A stretch of DNA of 64,000 nucleotides from an uncultured Candidatus Saccharibacteria bacterium (lineage in GTDB: Bacteria > Patescibacteriota > Minisyncoccia > Phycocordibacterales > UBA918): NCBI GenBank assembly GCA_964611205.1, contig CAZSZB010000004.1, positions 12,121 through 76,120 on the forward strand. Direction: 5' to 3'. Positions 46,439-54,496 of this stretch are shown here, piece by piece. The notes beneath the pieces are model-generated. The model was not told where the DNA came from, made no database searches, and saw only the letters and a list, made by a program, of their open reading frames with translations. Position 1 is the first letter of the stretch, and each line of letters opens with the position of its first letter. The translations under genes were made by a program, and so were the position numbers.

Positions 46439-46786
46439 TTATTTACTCACTGTCTCTACTACTGTTTTGAAAGCCTCCGGTCGGTCCTTAGCTAGAGTAG
46501 CTAGCACTTTGCGGTTTAGCTTGATGTTTTTATCAGACAAAGCTTTGATGAAACGACTGTACTTCATTTCAAAAGGTCGTAGACCAGCGTTGATACGAGT
46601 AATCCATAATTTACGGAAGTCACCTTTTTTATCACGACGGTGGTCGAAAGCGTGCAGTTGAGCATGAAAAATCGCTTCACGAGCTTCTCGCTTTTTCTTT
46701 GAGCGACCAAAACGGTAGCCTTTTACTTGTTCGAGGATATATTTGCGGCGTTTGTTAGCCGTCACTCCTCCTTTTACACGTGCCAT
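46439..46786 (-). CDS. rplT: Ribosomal protein L20
   Basis: 115 aa. Confidence 0.95.
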   Translation of the reverse strand: MARVKGGVTANKRRKYILEQVKGYRFGRSKKKREAREAIFHAQLHAFDHRRDKKGDFRKLWITRINAGLRPFEMKYSRFIKALSDKNIKLNRKVLATLAKDRPEAFKTVVETVSK

Positions 46787-46874
46787 AAATTATTTCAGTT
46801 AATTATAATCTAAATATCAGGTATTATATTTCTTTCGAGTTATAAAATTGCAGCAGCTGCGACAATTTTATAAG

Positions 46875-47066
46875 CTAGGCGCCTGATTTAGGGAGAAAAC
46901 GTCGAGTAACTCTTTTTGACAAATTCAAAAGCTGAGTACGTTTACGACGCAATCTTTGTTGTCCTGTTTGACGAGCGTTAAAGTGGTTCTGACCAATTCG
47001 GCGAGCTACCAGTTTTCCGTTCTTAGTCACTTTAATTCTTTTCGTATATGATTTGTTTGTTTTCAT
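46875..47066 (-). CDS. rpmI: Ribosomal protein L35
   Basis: 63 aa. Confidence 0.9.
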   Translation of the reverse strand: MKTNKSYTKRIKVTKNGKLVARRIGQNHFNARQTGQQRLRRKRTQLLNLSKRVTRRFLPKSGA

Positions 47067-47167
47067 ATTGTTTTTTTGATCGGGCCTTGCCCAAAGGGAC
47101 AGGCAAAGTGGGCAAAATATACCTTATTTGGACGCAAATGTCCAATGGATTTTATGGTTTATAATAT

Positions 47168-47860
47168 TTAAATCAAGCCACCTTCTATATCCAAGAGTTC
47201 ATCTAGATCTTTCTTTTTCTTCTTAGCTATTTCTTGTTCTGCTTTAGGCGCCTTTTTCTTAGTCACTGGCTTTTCTTCTTCTATAAGTTTAGGTCCTTTT
47301 ACGCTCTTCCCAACTCGTTCGATGGTTGTCGTGAAGCCTTTTGGACTTTTCTTTATATCTTCAGCCAACTTATAGTCAGCGGGAATAATTTTTAGGAACC
47401 TTTCCAGTCTTTCTTTTAGGAAAGCTGGTTCCATGTACTTATAGCGACCCCAAAGGAACAAATCCACTTTTACTCGATGTCCTTCGTTAAGCCATTCCGC
47501 AGCTCGTTTGGCTTTGAGATTTTGGTCATGTTCTCCAGTTCCAATTTTAACTTGGACGCTTTTAGTTTCAGTAACATGTGATTTAGCTTTTACTTCACTA
47601 GCTTTACGTTTTGTTTCGTAACGATACTGACCGTAGTCCATTATTTTGGCTACTGGTGGTTTTGCGTTAGGGGAGATTTCAATCAAGTCTAGCTTAGCTT
47701 CTTCGGCAGCTTTTTTAGCTTCGGACACGGTCAGAACTCCCAGGTTTTCACCCTCGGCTCCGATAACTCGTAACTCTTTGGCTCGTATCGCGTCGTTGAT
47801 ACGAGTTTTTGCTTTATAGCTGTATGGTTTAAATGTTTTATTCAGATTTATTGGTCTTAT
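47168..47860 (-). CDS. infC: Translation initiation factor IF-3 with a non-AUG start
   Basis: The ORF-track GTG start at 47728 cuts off the N-domain. The in-frame upstream sequence reads ..KTRINDAIRAKELRVIGAEGENLGVLTVSEA.., which matches the IF3 N-domain, and the frame opens directly after a TAG with ATA/ATC/CTG codons and no ATG. Confidence 0.8.
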   Translation of the reverse strand: MRPINLNKTFKPYSYKAKTRINDAIRAKELRVIGAEGENLGVLTVSEAKKAAEEAKLDLIEISPNAKPPVAKIMDYGQYRYETKRKASEVKAKSHVTETKSVQVKIGTGEHDQNLKAKRAAEWLNEGHRVKVDLFLWGRYKYMEPAFLKERLERFLKIIPADYKLAEDIKKSPKGFTTTIERVGKSVKGPKLIEEEKPVTKKKAPKAEQEIAKKKKKDLDELLDIEGGLI

Positions 47861-47951
47861 CTAATAATCAGTGTGTTGCACTAGAGCTGATTATTTGTGC
47901 GAACTATACCACGAAGGTCAGAAAAAGTGAATTAAATCAACCCGAATTGTG

Positions 47952-48380
47952 CTAATTATTTTTAGCCAGACAGACGGCACACTTGCAGCCACCAGCCTGA
48001 ATGAAGTCAGATGAAGTGTAGTCATTACCATAATCAATAGTGATTTCTTCACCAGCTTTTATATTTTTGCTGGCTCGCATATAAATTCGATTTTCTGTTA
48101 TCTCATGTTCAGCTTCAGCGTTAGGTCCACAACTGTGATTAATATAGCGAGCAATGTTACTCCGGTCTTTTCCATCGATAACCAAGTCCTCATTAACAGT
48201 GAAAAGATAGCGACCTCCTCTCTGGTCGGCTTCCTCTGCGTTTATACGATCACCAGTGTACTCAATTATTAGTTGATCTCTTTTAATATCTTCTCCTGCA
48301 AATAGACCTAACCCAGCACTAGATTTTTTAACTGTGACTGAGGGACGATAGCTAGGGTATTCGACTTCTTCTATTACCAT
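47952..48380 (-). CDS. SET-domain protein (putative lysine methyltransferase)
   Basis: NHSCGPN motif, ELTFDYG-like region, and a post-SET Cys cluster (GGCKCAVC). Confidence 0.75.
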   Translation of the reverse strand: MVIEEVEYPSYRPSVTVKKSSAGLGLFAGEDIKRDQLIIEYTGDRINAEEADQRGGRYLFTVNEDLVIDGKDRSNIARYINHSCGPNAEAEHEITENRIYMRASKNIKAGEEITIDYGNDYTSSDFIQAGGCKCAVCLAKNN

Positions 48381-48520
48381 AATTGATTGCTAGTATAACT
48401 GTAATTAGCTACTTAACAAAACTTTTGGAAAAATAGTTATTTATTAATCGCGACTCATAAGTGATTATTATTTTAGGAGGAGTATAATATTAGATATTAG
48501 TAGTTTAAAACCTCCCATAT

Positions 48521-48721
48521 ATGAAAATCTTTAGAGATTATGTCATGACTTGGTGGCAAGTCGGACTGCTCAAAGCCTACGTGTTTATTGTTGGTTTAAT
48601 CATCGGTTCATACTTTGCAGATTTATTTGTTCAGTATATAAAACTGATGTTGGTGGTAGCAATTATTCTAGCCATTTATTTCTTATATAAGATGTTTTCA
48701 GATGGTTTTAAGCCGGGGTAA
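48521..48721 (+). CDS. Small membrane protein
   Basis: 66 aa with two transmembrane helices. Confidence 0.4.
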   Translation: MKIFRDYVMTWWQVGLLKAYVFIVGLIIGSYFADLFVQYIKLMLVVAIILAIYFLYKMFSDGFKPG

Positions 48722-48742
48722 GCTAGAGGCCAATTCTCTGAA

Positions 48743-48774
48743 CAAAAAACACTCGTCACGAGTGTTTTTTGTTG
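48743..48774 (+). terminator. Intrinsic terminator
   Basis: Stem AACACTCG, loop tca, stem CGAGTGTT, followed by six Ts. Confidence 0.65.
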
Positions 48775-48964
48775 ATTGGTGAAATTCAACAAATGTGCTG
48801 GTTAATATTTGATGACCAAAGGTTCTGTAGAAGGGGAGATTTTCGGTCAAAAATATGTTTTTAAACTAATTTATACACCACATTTCATTGTATTAGTCAA
48901 TTGATTTAAACAAGACATTTCATTAATGTAAAGCCCCATTTGGATTGGATAGGAGGATAATCCA

Positions 48965-49336
48965 ATGAAGAAGTTCTTTTCGGCGGCAGCTGTCTGTCTG
49001 CTTACCCTTACGGGAGCTGCCTATGCTGATCATCTTCATGAAGGTGACAGCTTCGTAGGGGGCTGGCAATTCTACAACAGCAACCCCGGCAACATCAAGA
49101 TCGGAGACGGCAACGGCTGGGCTCTGGACTTGCGGGGTACTGATCGGTACTGCGTCTCGCCTGGTGCCGGCTACAGCACCATGACCAGCTACATCAGCAG
49201 CAACTACCCCAGCCACGTCTCGTGGTTCGTGGATGAGATCTGCACTGATGGGTATGTGCGGATCTGCGTCTACTCCGGGAGCGGCAACCTGGCCTGTTCC
49301 ACTTACTGGGACAATGGCTGGGTGAGACTCGATTAG
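48965..49336 (+). CDS. Secreted Cys-containing small protein with atypical composition (about 58% GC against a ~40% background)
   Basis: It has a signal peptide (MKKFFSAAAVCLLTLTGAAYA), a GGAGG ribosome-binding site, and strongly GC-rich codon usage. Confidence 0.6.
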   Translation: MKKFFSAAAVCLLTLTGAAYADHLHEGDSFVGGWQFYNSNPGNIKIGDGNGWALDLRGTDRYCVSPGAGYSTMTSYISSNYPSHVSWFVDEICTDGYVRICVYSGSGNLACSTYWDNGWVRLD

Positions 49337-49361
49337 GAGTCGCGAACTCTCTTCGCACACT

Positions 49362-49400
49362 CAAAACGGCGGCTTCAAAAGAGCCGCCGTTTTCTATTTG
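49362..49400 (+). terminator. Intrinsic terminator
   Basis: Stem AACGGCGGCT, loop, stem AGCCGCCGTT, then TTTCTATTT. Confidence 0.65.
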
Positions 49401-49426
49401 GGGTATGGAGGAATTGGCATTTAACT

Positions 49427-49484
49427 CTTCACGAATAAAAATGGCCCAACCAAAATGGTTGGGCGATTTTTATACTCGTGGAAG
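49427..49484. repeat. Copy 1 of a ~58-bp palindromic repeat element
   Basis: cttCACGAATAAAAATgGCCCAACCA aaa TGGTTGGGCgATTTTTATaCTCGTGgaag. Confidence 0.7.
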
Positions 49485-49614
49485 ACTTTGCACCAAGTTG
49501 ACCTAGTTTTTAATGACTGGAAGGAATATAAAAACGGAAATACTCTGGTGGTGAAAACCTCTTTGATTGAAATGGAGTGTGCTAATTTTCTTAAAATAGT
49601 AGACTTGTGGTGAT

Positions 49615-50187
49615 TTAAAAGCCAACCTCAGATTTTACTTTCTCAAACATTTTTTGATATCCAGCCGCGTTGGGATGTAAACCATCGGCTAAGTCAGTAA
49701 TTGGGTCCACTACATCAATGACGGAGATGAAATGATAGTTATGCTCATCGGCTACTTTCTTGATTATAGAATCGTATTTTTCTATTTCCTCGTTTAAAAA
49801 TCTACTTCCACGAACTGACCTCCATTCATCGTCTACTCTGGTAAGTCCCACAAGTGTGATTTGGTCTGTGTAATTTTTGGCTTGTTGGAGTAGTTTATTT
49901 AGGTTTTGTTCAAATTCTGCGGGAGGAATTTTGTTTATATATGATTCACTAGGGAATTTGGAGTCATTTATACCGATGGCAAAAACAACCTTATCTGGTC
50001 CAATTGCCTTGGCTTCAATATTAAAACGTTCTAGCAAGTCTTCTGACGTCTCACCACAGATGCCAAAATTATATAGCTGGTTGTAGTCGTCAGCCGGTAG
50101 TGTTTTCCTAAGTCTACCAGCCCAACCAAGTGCTTCTGAATCACATGAGCCAAAAGTAATACTATCTCCCCAAATTCCTATTTCCAT
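49615..50187 (-). CDS. SGNH/GDSL-family hydrolase (lipase or esterase)
   Basis: GDSIT block near the N-terminus; 190 aa. Confidence 0.7.
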   Translation of the reverse strand: MEIGIWGDSITFGSCDSEALGWAGRLRKTLPADDYNQLYNFGICGETSEDLLERFNIEAKAIGPDKVVFAIGINDSKFPSESYINKIPPAEFEQNLNKLLQQAKNYTDQITLVGLTRVDDEWRSVRGSRFLNEEIEKYDSIIKKVADEHNYHFISVIDVVDPITDLADGLHPNAAGYQKMFEKVKSEVGF

Positions 50188-50197
50188 GCAGGTATTC

Positions 50198-50234
50198 TAC
50201 CAAAAAAACAAAAAGCTTACTCAGTCTGAGTAAA
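50198..50234 (-). terminator. Intrinsic terminator on the minus strand (upstream of the hydrolase gene)
   Basis: On the minus strand: stem TTACTCAG/CTGAGTAA followed by GCTTTTTGTTTTTTT. Confidence 0.5.
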
Positions 50235-50267
50235 CTTCCATATTCTTCCACATATTTCTATGTTCTA

Positions 50268-50419
50268 GTGGAGATAGGGGAACCCGCTTTTTCTAATTCG
50301 TTACACTCATAAGAACGCTGGTCGCAGCTCGCTTGTTTTCTTTTTAGGGGGAAAAGAAAACATAGCTCCGCTGGTTCAACTCCCCACGAAAGCAAAGCAG
50401 TTTGCTTTCTCCATCTCCA
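50268..50419. repeat. Cluster of partial copies of the tmRNA 3' terminus (att-like scars), closed by an 8-bp GTGGAGAT/ATCTCCAC pairing
   Basis: At 50268-50287 gtggagatAggggaacccgc is a degenerate direct copy. At 50373-50419 ggttcaactcccc..ccatctccac is an inverted copy with an inserted hairpin. Confidence 0.55.
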
Positions 50420-50474
50420 CGAATAAAAATCGCCCAACCAAAATGGTTGGGTGATTTTTATACTCGTGGAGATG
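50410..50474. repeat. Copy 2 of the palindromic element, extended by ccatctcc/ggagatgg
   Basis: ccatctccacgaataaaaatcgcccaaccaaaatggttgggtgatttttatactcgtggagatgg. Confidence 0.7.
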
Positions 50475-50483
50475 GGGGGAGTT
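50465..50483 (-). repeat. 19-bp direct repeat of the tmRNA 3' end (att-like)
   Basis: gtggagatggggggagttg is identical to 50664-50682. Confidence 0.7.
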
Positions 50484-50664
50484 GGTCACGTATTACTAAG
50501 TATATTATTTCGCTTTGCTCATAATTTACTAAGTGTTCTCGACCCGGCCTCGCCGACAAGCACTCCCTTCGGTCGTCTTGTGTACCGGCTCCGGCTTTCA
50601 ACTCCCCTCATACTCTCACAAACGCAAAGACTCCAAAAGCTTACACTTTTGGAGTCTGCGTATT

Positions 50665-51060
50665 GTGGAGATGGGGGGAGTTGAACCCCCGTCCGAATTG
50701 ATGTGTTAAGGTGCGTCTACAGTGTATAGTCAACTCTTTGGTTTAAAGTAGGTAGCTAAAGATATGACGAGACATTACCTACTCGAGTCCGCAGAATTTC
50801 ACTTCTCTTTGCAGACAAAAAGGGAAGTATATTCTCATGATATTACACCAACATTCTCTTATGAGAACTCAGAAAAGTTGATGTCGTCATCGGCGAGCGA
50901 GTAAAACTACGCTGTCGCGAATGCGAAGTCCTTTGCAGTGAAGAAAGGACTTTTTACGCTATTCTTTGCACGTAAAAGTGACCAAATTTTAACGCAGGTC
51001 TTGGTCAACTGCGACACTGCACACAATAACAGAGCATCAACCGTCGATGCCTGGCATCCC
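50665..51060 (-). ncRNA. ssrA: tmRNA (SsrA), standard one-piece form
   Basis: The 5' GGGGAUGCCAGGCAUCGACGG matches the conserved GGGGnnG..GGAUUCGACGGG. The 3' GGACGGGGGUUCAACUCCCCCCAUCUCCA(A) is a tRNA-like T-arm plus acceptor. The acceptor GGGGAUG/CAUCUCC has a G3-U wobble (the Ala identity element), and CCA is not encoded. A putative tag reading frame GCA AAG GAC UUC GCA UUC GCG ACA GCG UAG follows a CGUAAAAAG..-like leader. Confidence 0.8.
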
Positions 51061-51269
51061 CCAGCCGTGCTTTTTGTAAATATATAGCTAGTTTTAAAAA
51101 TAGCTAAGTCATCTGTTAAGTGCATAAAAAATGTGATTCGAATTACAAAAAGTACGGCTGGGGAAGTATGTGCTGATTTGGATACAGAGAGATGGTGCGC
51201 AACCTGACGAGGATTGTCTGGTTGCGCAAAGGTGTGCGAAGAGCGTCTAGCTAGGACCGCTCCTGATGG

Positions 51270-51593
51270 TTATAGGCCGTAGGCTTCACGGACGATATCT
51301 TCGTTATCCGCCTTATGCTCTCCCAGCCACTGCTTCATGACGCCGATCATGGCGTCAAGCAGTTCTTCTCGGATATCATTTCCGAGATTGTTATGGGAAG
51401 CCCGACAAGCAGCTTCACCAGCGGTTTCGAACACCGCCTCGAGCAGGTCGAAAAATTGTTCAGTAGAGGCTTCCGCAAAAGCCTCATCGAACTCCTCCTG
51501 GTTGTTGTTGAAGACTTCGACCAGAACCTTTTCCCGGTAGGAATCGAATTCGGTCTCGACTTTCTTCTCAAAACTAATAATACTCGACATCAC
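51270..51593 (-). CDS. Acidic hypothetical protein in a GC-rich (~52%) segment
   Basis: 107-aa ORF with composition atypical for this genome. Confidence 0.45.
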   Translation of the reverse strand: MMSSIISFEKKVETEFDSYREKVLVEVFNNNQEEFDEAFAEASTEQFFDLLEAVFETAGEAACRASHNNLGNDIREELLDAMIGVMKQWLGEHKADNEDIVREAYGL

Positions 51594-51681
51594 AGCCCCT
51601 TTTTAATTGCCACACAAGCACCACGCAAGTGTGGGATGGTTTCCCACCTTTCTGTATCCAAATTATTAAATTGTTAATGTA

Positions 51682-52128
51682 CTAACTTCGCTTGAGAAGG
51701 CGATCTATCATTCGTTTATTATCGCGCTCTTTAATAGTCTCTCGTTTATCTGCCTTCTTTTTACCACGAACAAGAGCTATTTCAAGTTTGATTTTACTCT
51801 TTTTATTATACCACGAAATAGGGACTATTGTCAATCCAGCAGTGTTTAGTTCTTTTCTAAGTTTATTAAGTTCTTTTTGTGATAAAAGTAATTGACGTTC
51901 TCGTTCTGGATTGTAATTGTCAGGAGCATTAGCTTCTTGATATGGTGGAATAGTAGCTCCTTTTAGATAAGCTCCATCATCTTTCAATATTATGTATGAA
52001 CCAACTAAACTAGCCTTACCCTTGCGGATTGATTTTACTTCAGTGCCACTAAGAACGGCTCCCGCTTCAAACGTTTCTAGGATTTCGTAATTAAAGGTGG
52101 CTTTTTTGTTACGGGTGTAAGTTGTCAT
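51682..52128 (-). CDS. smpB: SsrA-binding protein SmpB
   Basis: Motifs ..NKKATFNYEILETFEAG.. and ..GTEVKSIR.. with a KR-rich C-terminal tail. Confidence 0.9.
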   Translation of the reverse strand: MTTYTRNKKATFNYEILETFEAGAVLSGTEVKSIRKGKASLVGSYIILKDDGAYLKGATIPPYQEANAPDNYNPERERQLLLSQKELNKLRKELNTAGLTIVPISWYNKKSKIKLEIALVRGKKKADKRETIKERDNKRMIDRLLKRS

Positions 52129-52253
52129 ATTTACTTAACTGATACTATAACCCGCAGAGGTTGTTTTATCTAGATTTATTGTTTTGAAAAGATTCAAAAA
52201 TAAGTCATTATTTTATAGCTTTCAACGACTTTTTCTGTATAATAGCCAGCAAT

Positions 52254-54326
52254 ATGTCTGAACAAGAAAAAAACCAAAATTCTTTTAAAAGAGAGAAAAA
52301 GAATGATAATAAAGGGGTAGAAAATGGTAAAAATAATAAAAAGGGAATGAAGATTCCTAAATTTAAAGAAGTTCGAGTAGCCGGAAGGAAAATGCCTGTT
52401 GGACCGGGTAATTTCTGGAACAACCTACTCTCAACCATTTTGCTGTTGATTTTTATGACAGCCACGTATTCGTATTTGGTTAACAACAATACTAAACCTG
52501 ACGAGATATCAATTTCGCAAATTGTTAGAGAAGTACAAAATGGGGAAGTTAAAGAAATTATTGTTCGTGGTAGTGAGCTTGAAGTTAATTATGTCGACGA
52601 ATCACGCAATAGTGGAAAAGCTAAGAAAGAGACTGATGCAGCTATTTCTGAAACGTTAACTAATTTAGGTGTATCAATTGAACAATTATCGGCGGTCAAA
52701 CTTGATGTCCGTAACCCAACTGGTTTTAATTACTGGCTGTCTAATCTAGCACCATTCTTGTTCCCGTTACTTTTCTTAGGATTAGTGATTTGGTTTTTCA
52801 CTCGTTCTGTTAAAGGAGCTGGTATGCAAGCAATGAGTTTTGGAAGTAGTAAGGCCCGGATGATTGATCCTAACGATCTAAATCAAAAAGTCACATTTAA
52901 AGATGTGGCCGGCGCTAAAGAAGCTAAACAAGAACTTGAAGAAATTGTAGACTTCTTAAAAAATCCAAAAAAGTTTCTTGATATCGGTGCCGAAATCCCA
53001 AAGGGCGTCATGATGATGGGAGCTCCAGGAACTGGTAAGACTTTATTGGCGCGAGCGGTAGCTGGAGAGGCAGGGGTACCATTCTTTTCAATTTCAGGTT
53101 CTGAATTCGTAGAGATGTTTGTTGGTGTTGGAGCGAGTCGAGTACGTGATCTTTTCCAGATGGCAAAAAAGAGTGCCCCGTCAATCATCTTTGTAGATGA
53201 GATTGATGCAGTAGGAAGAGTGCGCGGAACTGGTATAGGTGGTGGTAACGATGAGCGAGAGCAAACACTCAATCAGATCTTAGTGGAGATGGATGGTTTT
53301 GAACCAAACGCAAAAGTGATTGTGATCGCCGCCACTAACCGGCCAGATGTATTGGACCCAGCACTGTTACGCCCTGGTCGTTTTGATAGACGAGTAACTA
53401 TCGATCTTCCAGACCGTGAAGACCGAAAGGCTATACTTGAAGTACATGCACGCAAGAAGCCCTTGCAAGAAGATGTGAATCTAGAAATAATTGCTCAACG
53501 TACTCCTGGTTTTTCTGGGGCAGATCTTTATTCACTTATGAATGAAGCAGCCATCTTGGCCGCTCGAGAAAGTCGTAAAAAAGTTGGCCAGTTCGATTTA
53601 ATTCGTTCAATTGAAAAAGTCATGCTTGGTCCAGAACGAAAAAGTCATGTCTTATCTAAGAAAGAAAGATTGGTAACGGCTTACCATGAAGTAGGGCATG
53701 CCTTGGTTGCTTCAGTACTACCATACGCTGATCCGGTGCAGAAGATTTCTATTATTTCTCGCGGTCGAGCAGCTGGGTACACTCTGAAATTACCTGATGA
53801 AGATCGTAAGATGCAAACTCGAAAAGAGTTTATGGATGACATCGCCATGACTTTAGGAGGTTATGTGACAGAAGAAATAGTGTTCGGAGATTTAACTACT
53901 GGACCAAGTAATGATCTTCAGGTGGTAGCAAACCTAGCTCGTGATATGGTTACCAAATATGGCATGAGTGACATTGGGCCGATTGCTTTAGAAGGAACGG
54001 GAGGTCGCATGATTGGTGGCGGTATGAGCGAAGATCGCGGTTACTCACCACAAGTCGCTAAACAAATTGATGATGAGGTAGCTAAGATTATCGAAGAAGG
54101 AAAAGAAAAAGCTCGTGACATTATCAACTCTCACCGCAAGGCTCTAGATGCGATTTCAGCTAAGTTAGTAGAGCTAGAAACCTTAGAAAGAGAAGAGTAT
54201 GAAGCGTTACTTAAGCAAGAAGGAGTAGTGATAAAAGATGCTTATAGAGAAGAGCGAGAGCTGGAAGAAAAGTTGGGAGATCCTACAAAAGCTTTAGAAA
54301 GTAAAGTAAACAAAGAAAATCTCTAA
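52254..54326 (+). CDS. ftsH: ATP-dependent zinc metalloprotease FtsH
   Basis: AAA motif [30 protein letters not shown] zinc site, and an N-terminal membrane anchor. Confidence 0.95.
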   Translation: MSEQEKNQNSFKREKKNDNKGVENGKNNKKGMKIPKFKEVRVAGRKMPVGPGNFWNNLLSTILLLIFMTATYSYLVNNNTKPDEISISQIVREVQNGEVKEIIVRGSELEVNYVDESRNSGKAKKETDAAISETLTNLGVSIEQLSAVKLDVRNPTGFNYWLSNLAPFLFPLLFLGLVIWFFTRSVKGAGMQAMSFGSSKARMIDPNDLNQKVTFKDVAGAKEAKQELEEIVDFLKNPKKFLDIGAEIPKGVMMMGAPGTGKTLLARAVAGEAGVPFFSISGSEFVEMFVGVGASRVRDLFQMAKKSAPSIIFVDEIDAVGRVRGTGIGGGNDEREQTLNQILVEMDGFEPNAKVIVIAATNRPDVLDPALLRPGRFDRRVTIDLPDREDRKAILEVHARKKPLQEDVNLEIIAQRTPGFSGADLYSLMNEAAILAARESRKKVGQFDLIRSIEKVMLGPERKSHVLSKKERLVTAYHEVGHALVASVLPYADPVQKISIISRGRAAGYTLKLPDEDRKMQTRKEFMDDIAMTLGGYVTEEIVFGDLTTGPSNDLQVVANLARDMVTKYGMSDIGPIALEGTGGRMIGGGMSEDRGYSPQVAKQIDDEVAKIIEEGKEKARDIINSHRKALDAISAKLVELETLEREEYEALLKQEGVVIKDAYREERELEEKLGDPTKALESKVNKENL

Positions 54327-54337
54327 AGAGGATGAAC

Positions 54338-54376
54338 AAAACCGAGCGACCAGATAAGGTCGCTCGGTTTAGTTTA
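54338..54376 (+). terminator. Intrinsic terminator after ftsH
   Basis: Stem ACCGAGCGACC, loop agataa, stem GGTCGCTCGGT, then TTAGTTT. Confidence 0.6.
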
Positions 54377-54427
54377 TCCACAATGATAGATTGTTTAAAT
54401 TCAAGCGACAGGTATATTAAGACGTAA

Positions 54428-54466
54428 AGGAGGCCGGCACCCAATGGGTGCCGGCCATTTCCGTAT
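54428..54466. terminator. Second GC hairpin (terminator-like)
   Basis: Stem GGCCGGCACC, loop aatg, stem GGTGCCGGCC, then ATTTCC. Confidence 0.45.
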
Positions 54467-54496
54467 TTATTAAACCAATTATTAACACAAGCGAAT

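Larger units (their letters stand above)
48900..50664. mobile_element. Degenerate, integrase-less island remnant next to the tmRNA 3' end
   Basis: It is bounded by partial copies of the tmRNA 3' end (att-like scars), contains a GC-rich secreted-protein gene and an SGNH hydrolase flanked by copies of a palindromic element, and has no integrase. Confidence 0.3.

Noticed and set aside
50363-50425. A plus-strand tRNA or a permuted two-piece tmRNA built from ggttcaactcccc...ccatctccac
   Set aside because: On the plus strand the T-stem does not pair (GCUGG against CCCCA), and a 25-nt hairpin separates the T-loop from the acceptor strand. The perfect T-arm and conserved 5' end are on the minus strand at 50665-51060, so this is a rearranged partial copy (an att scar).
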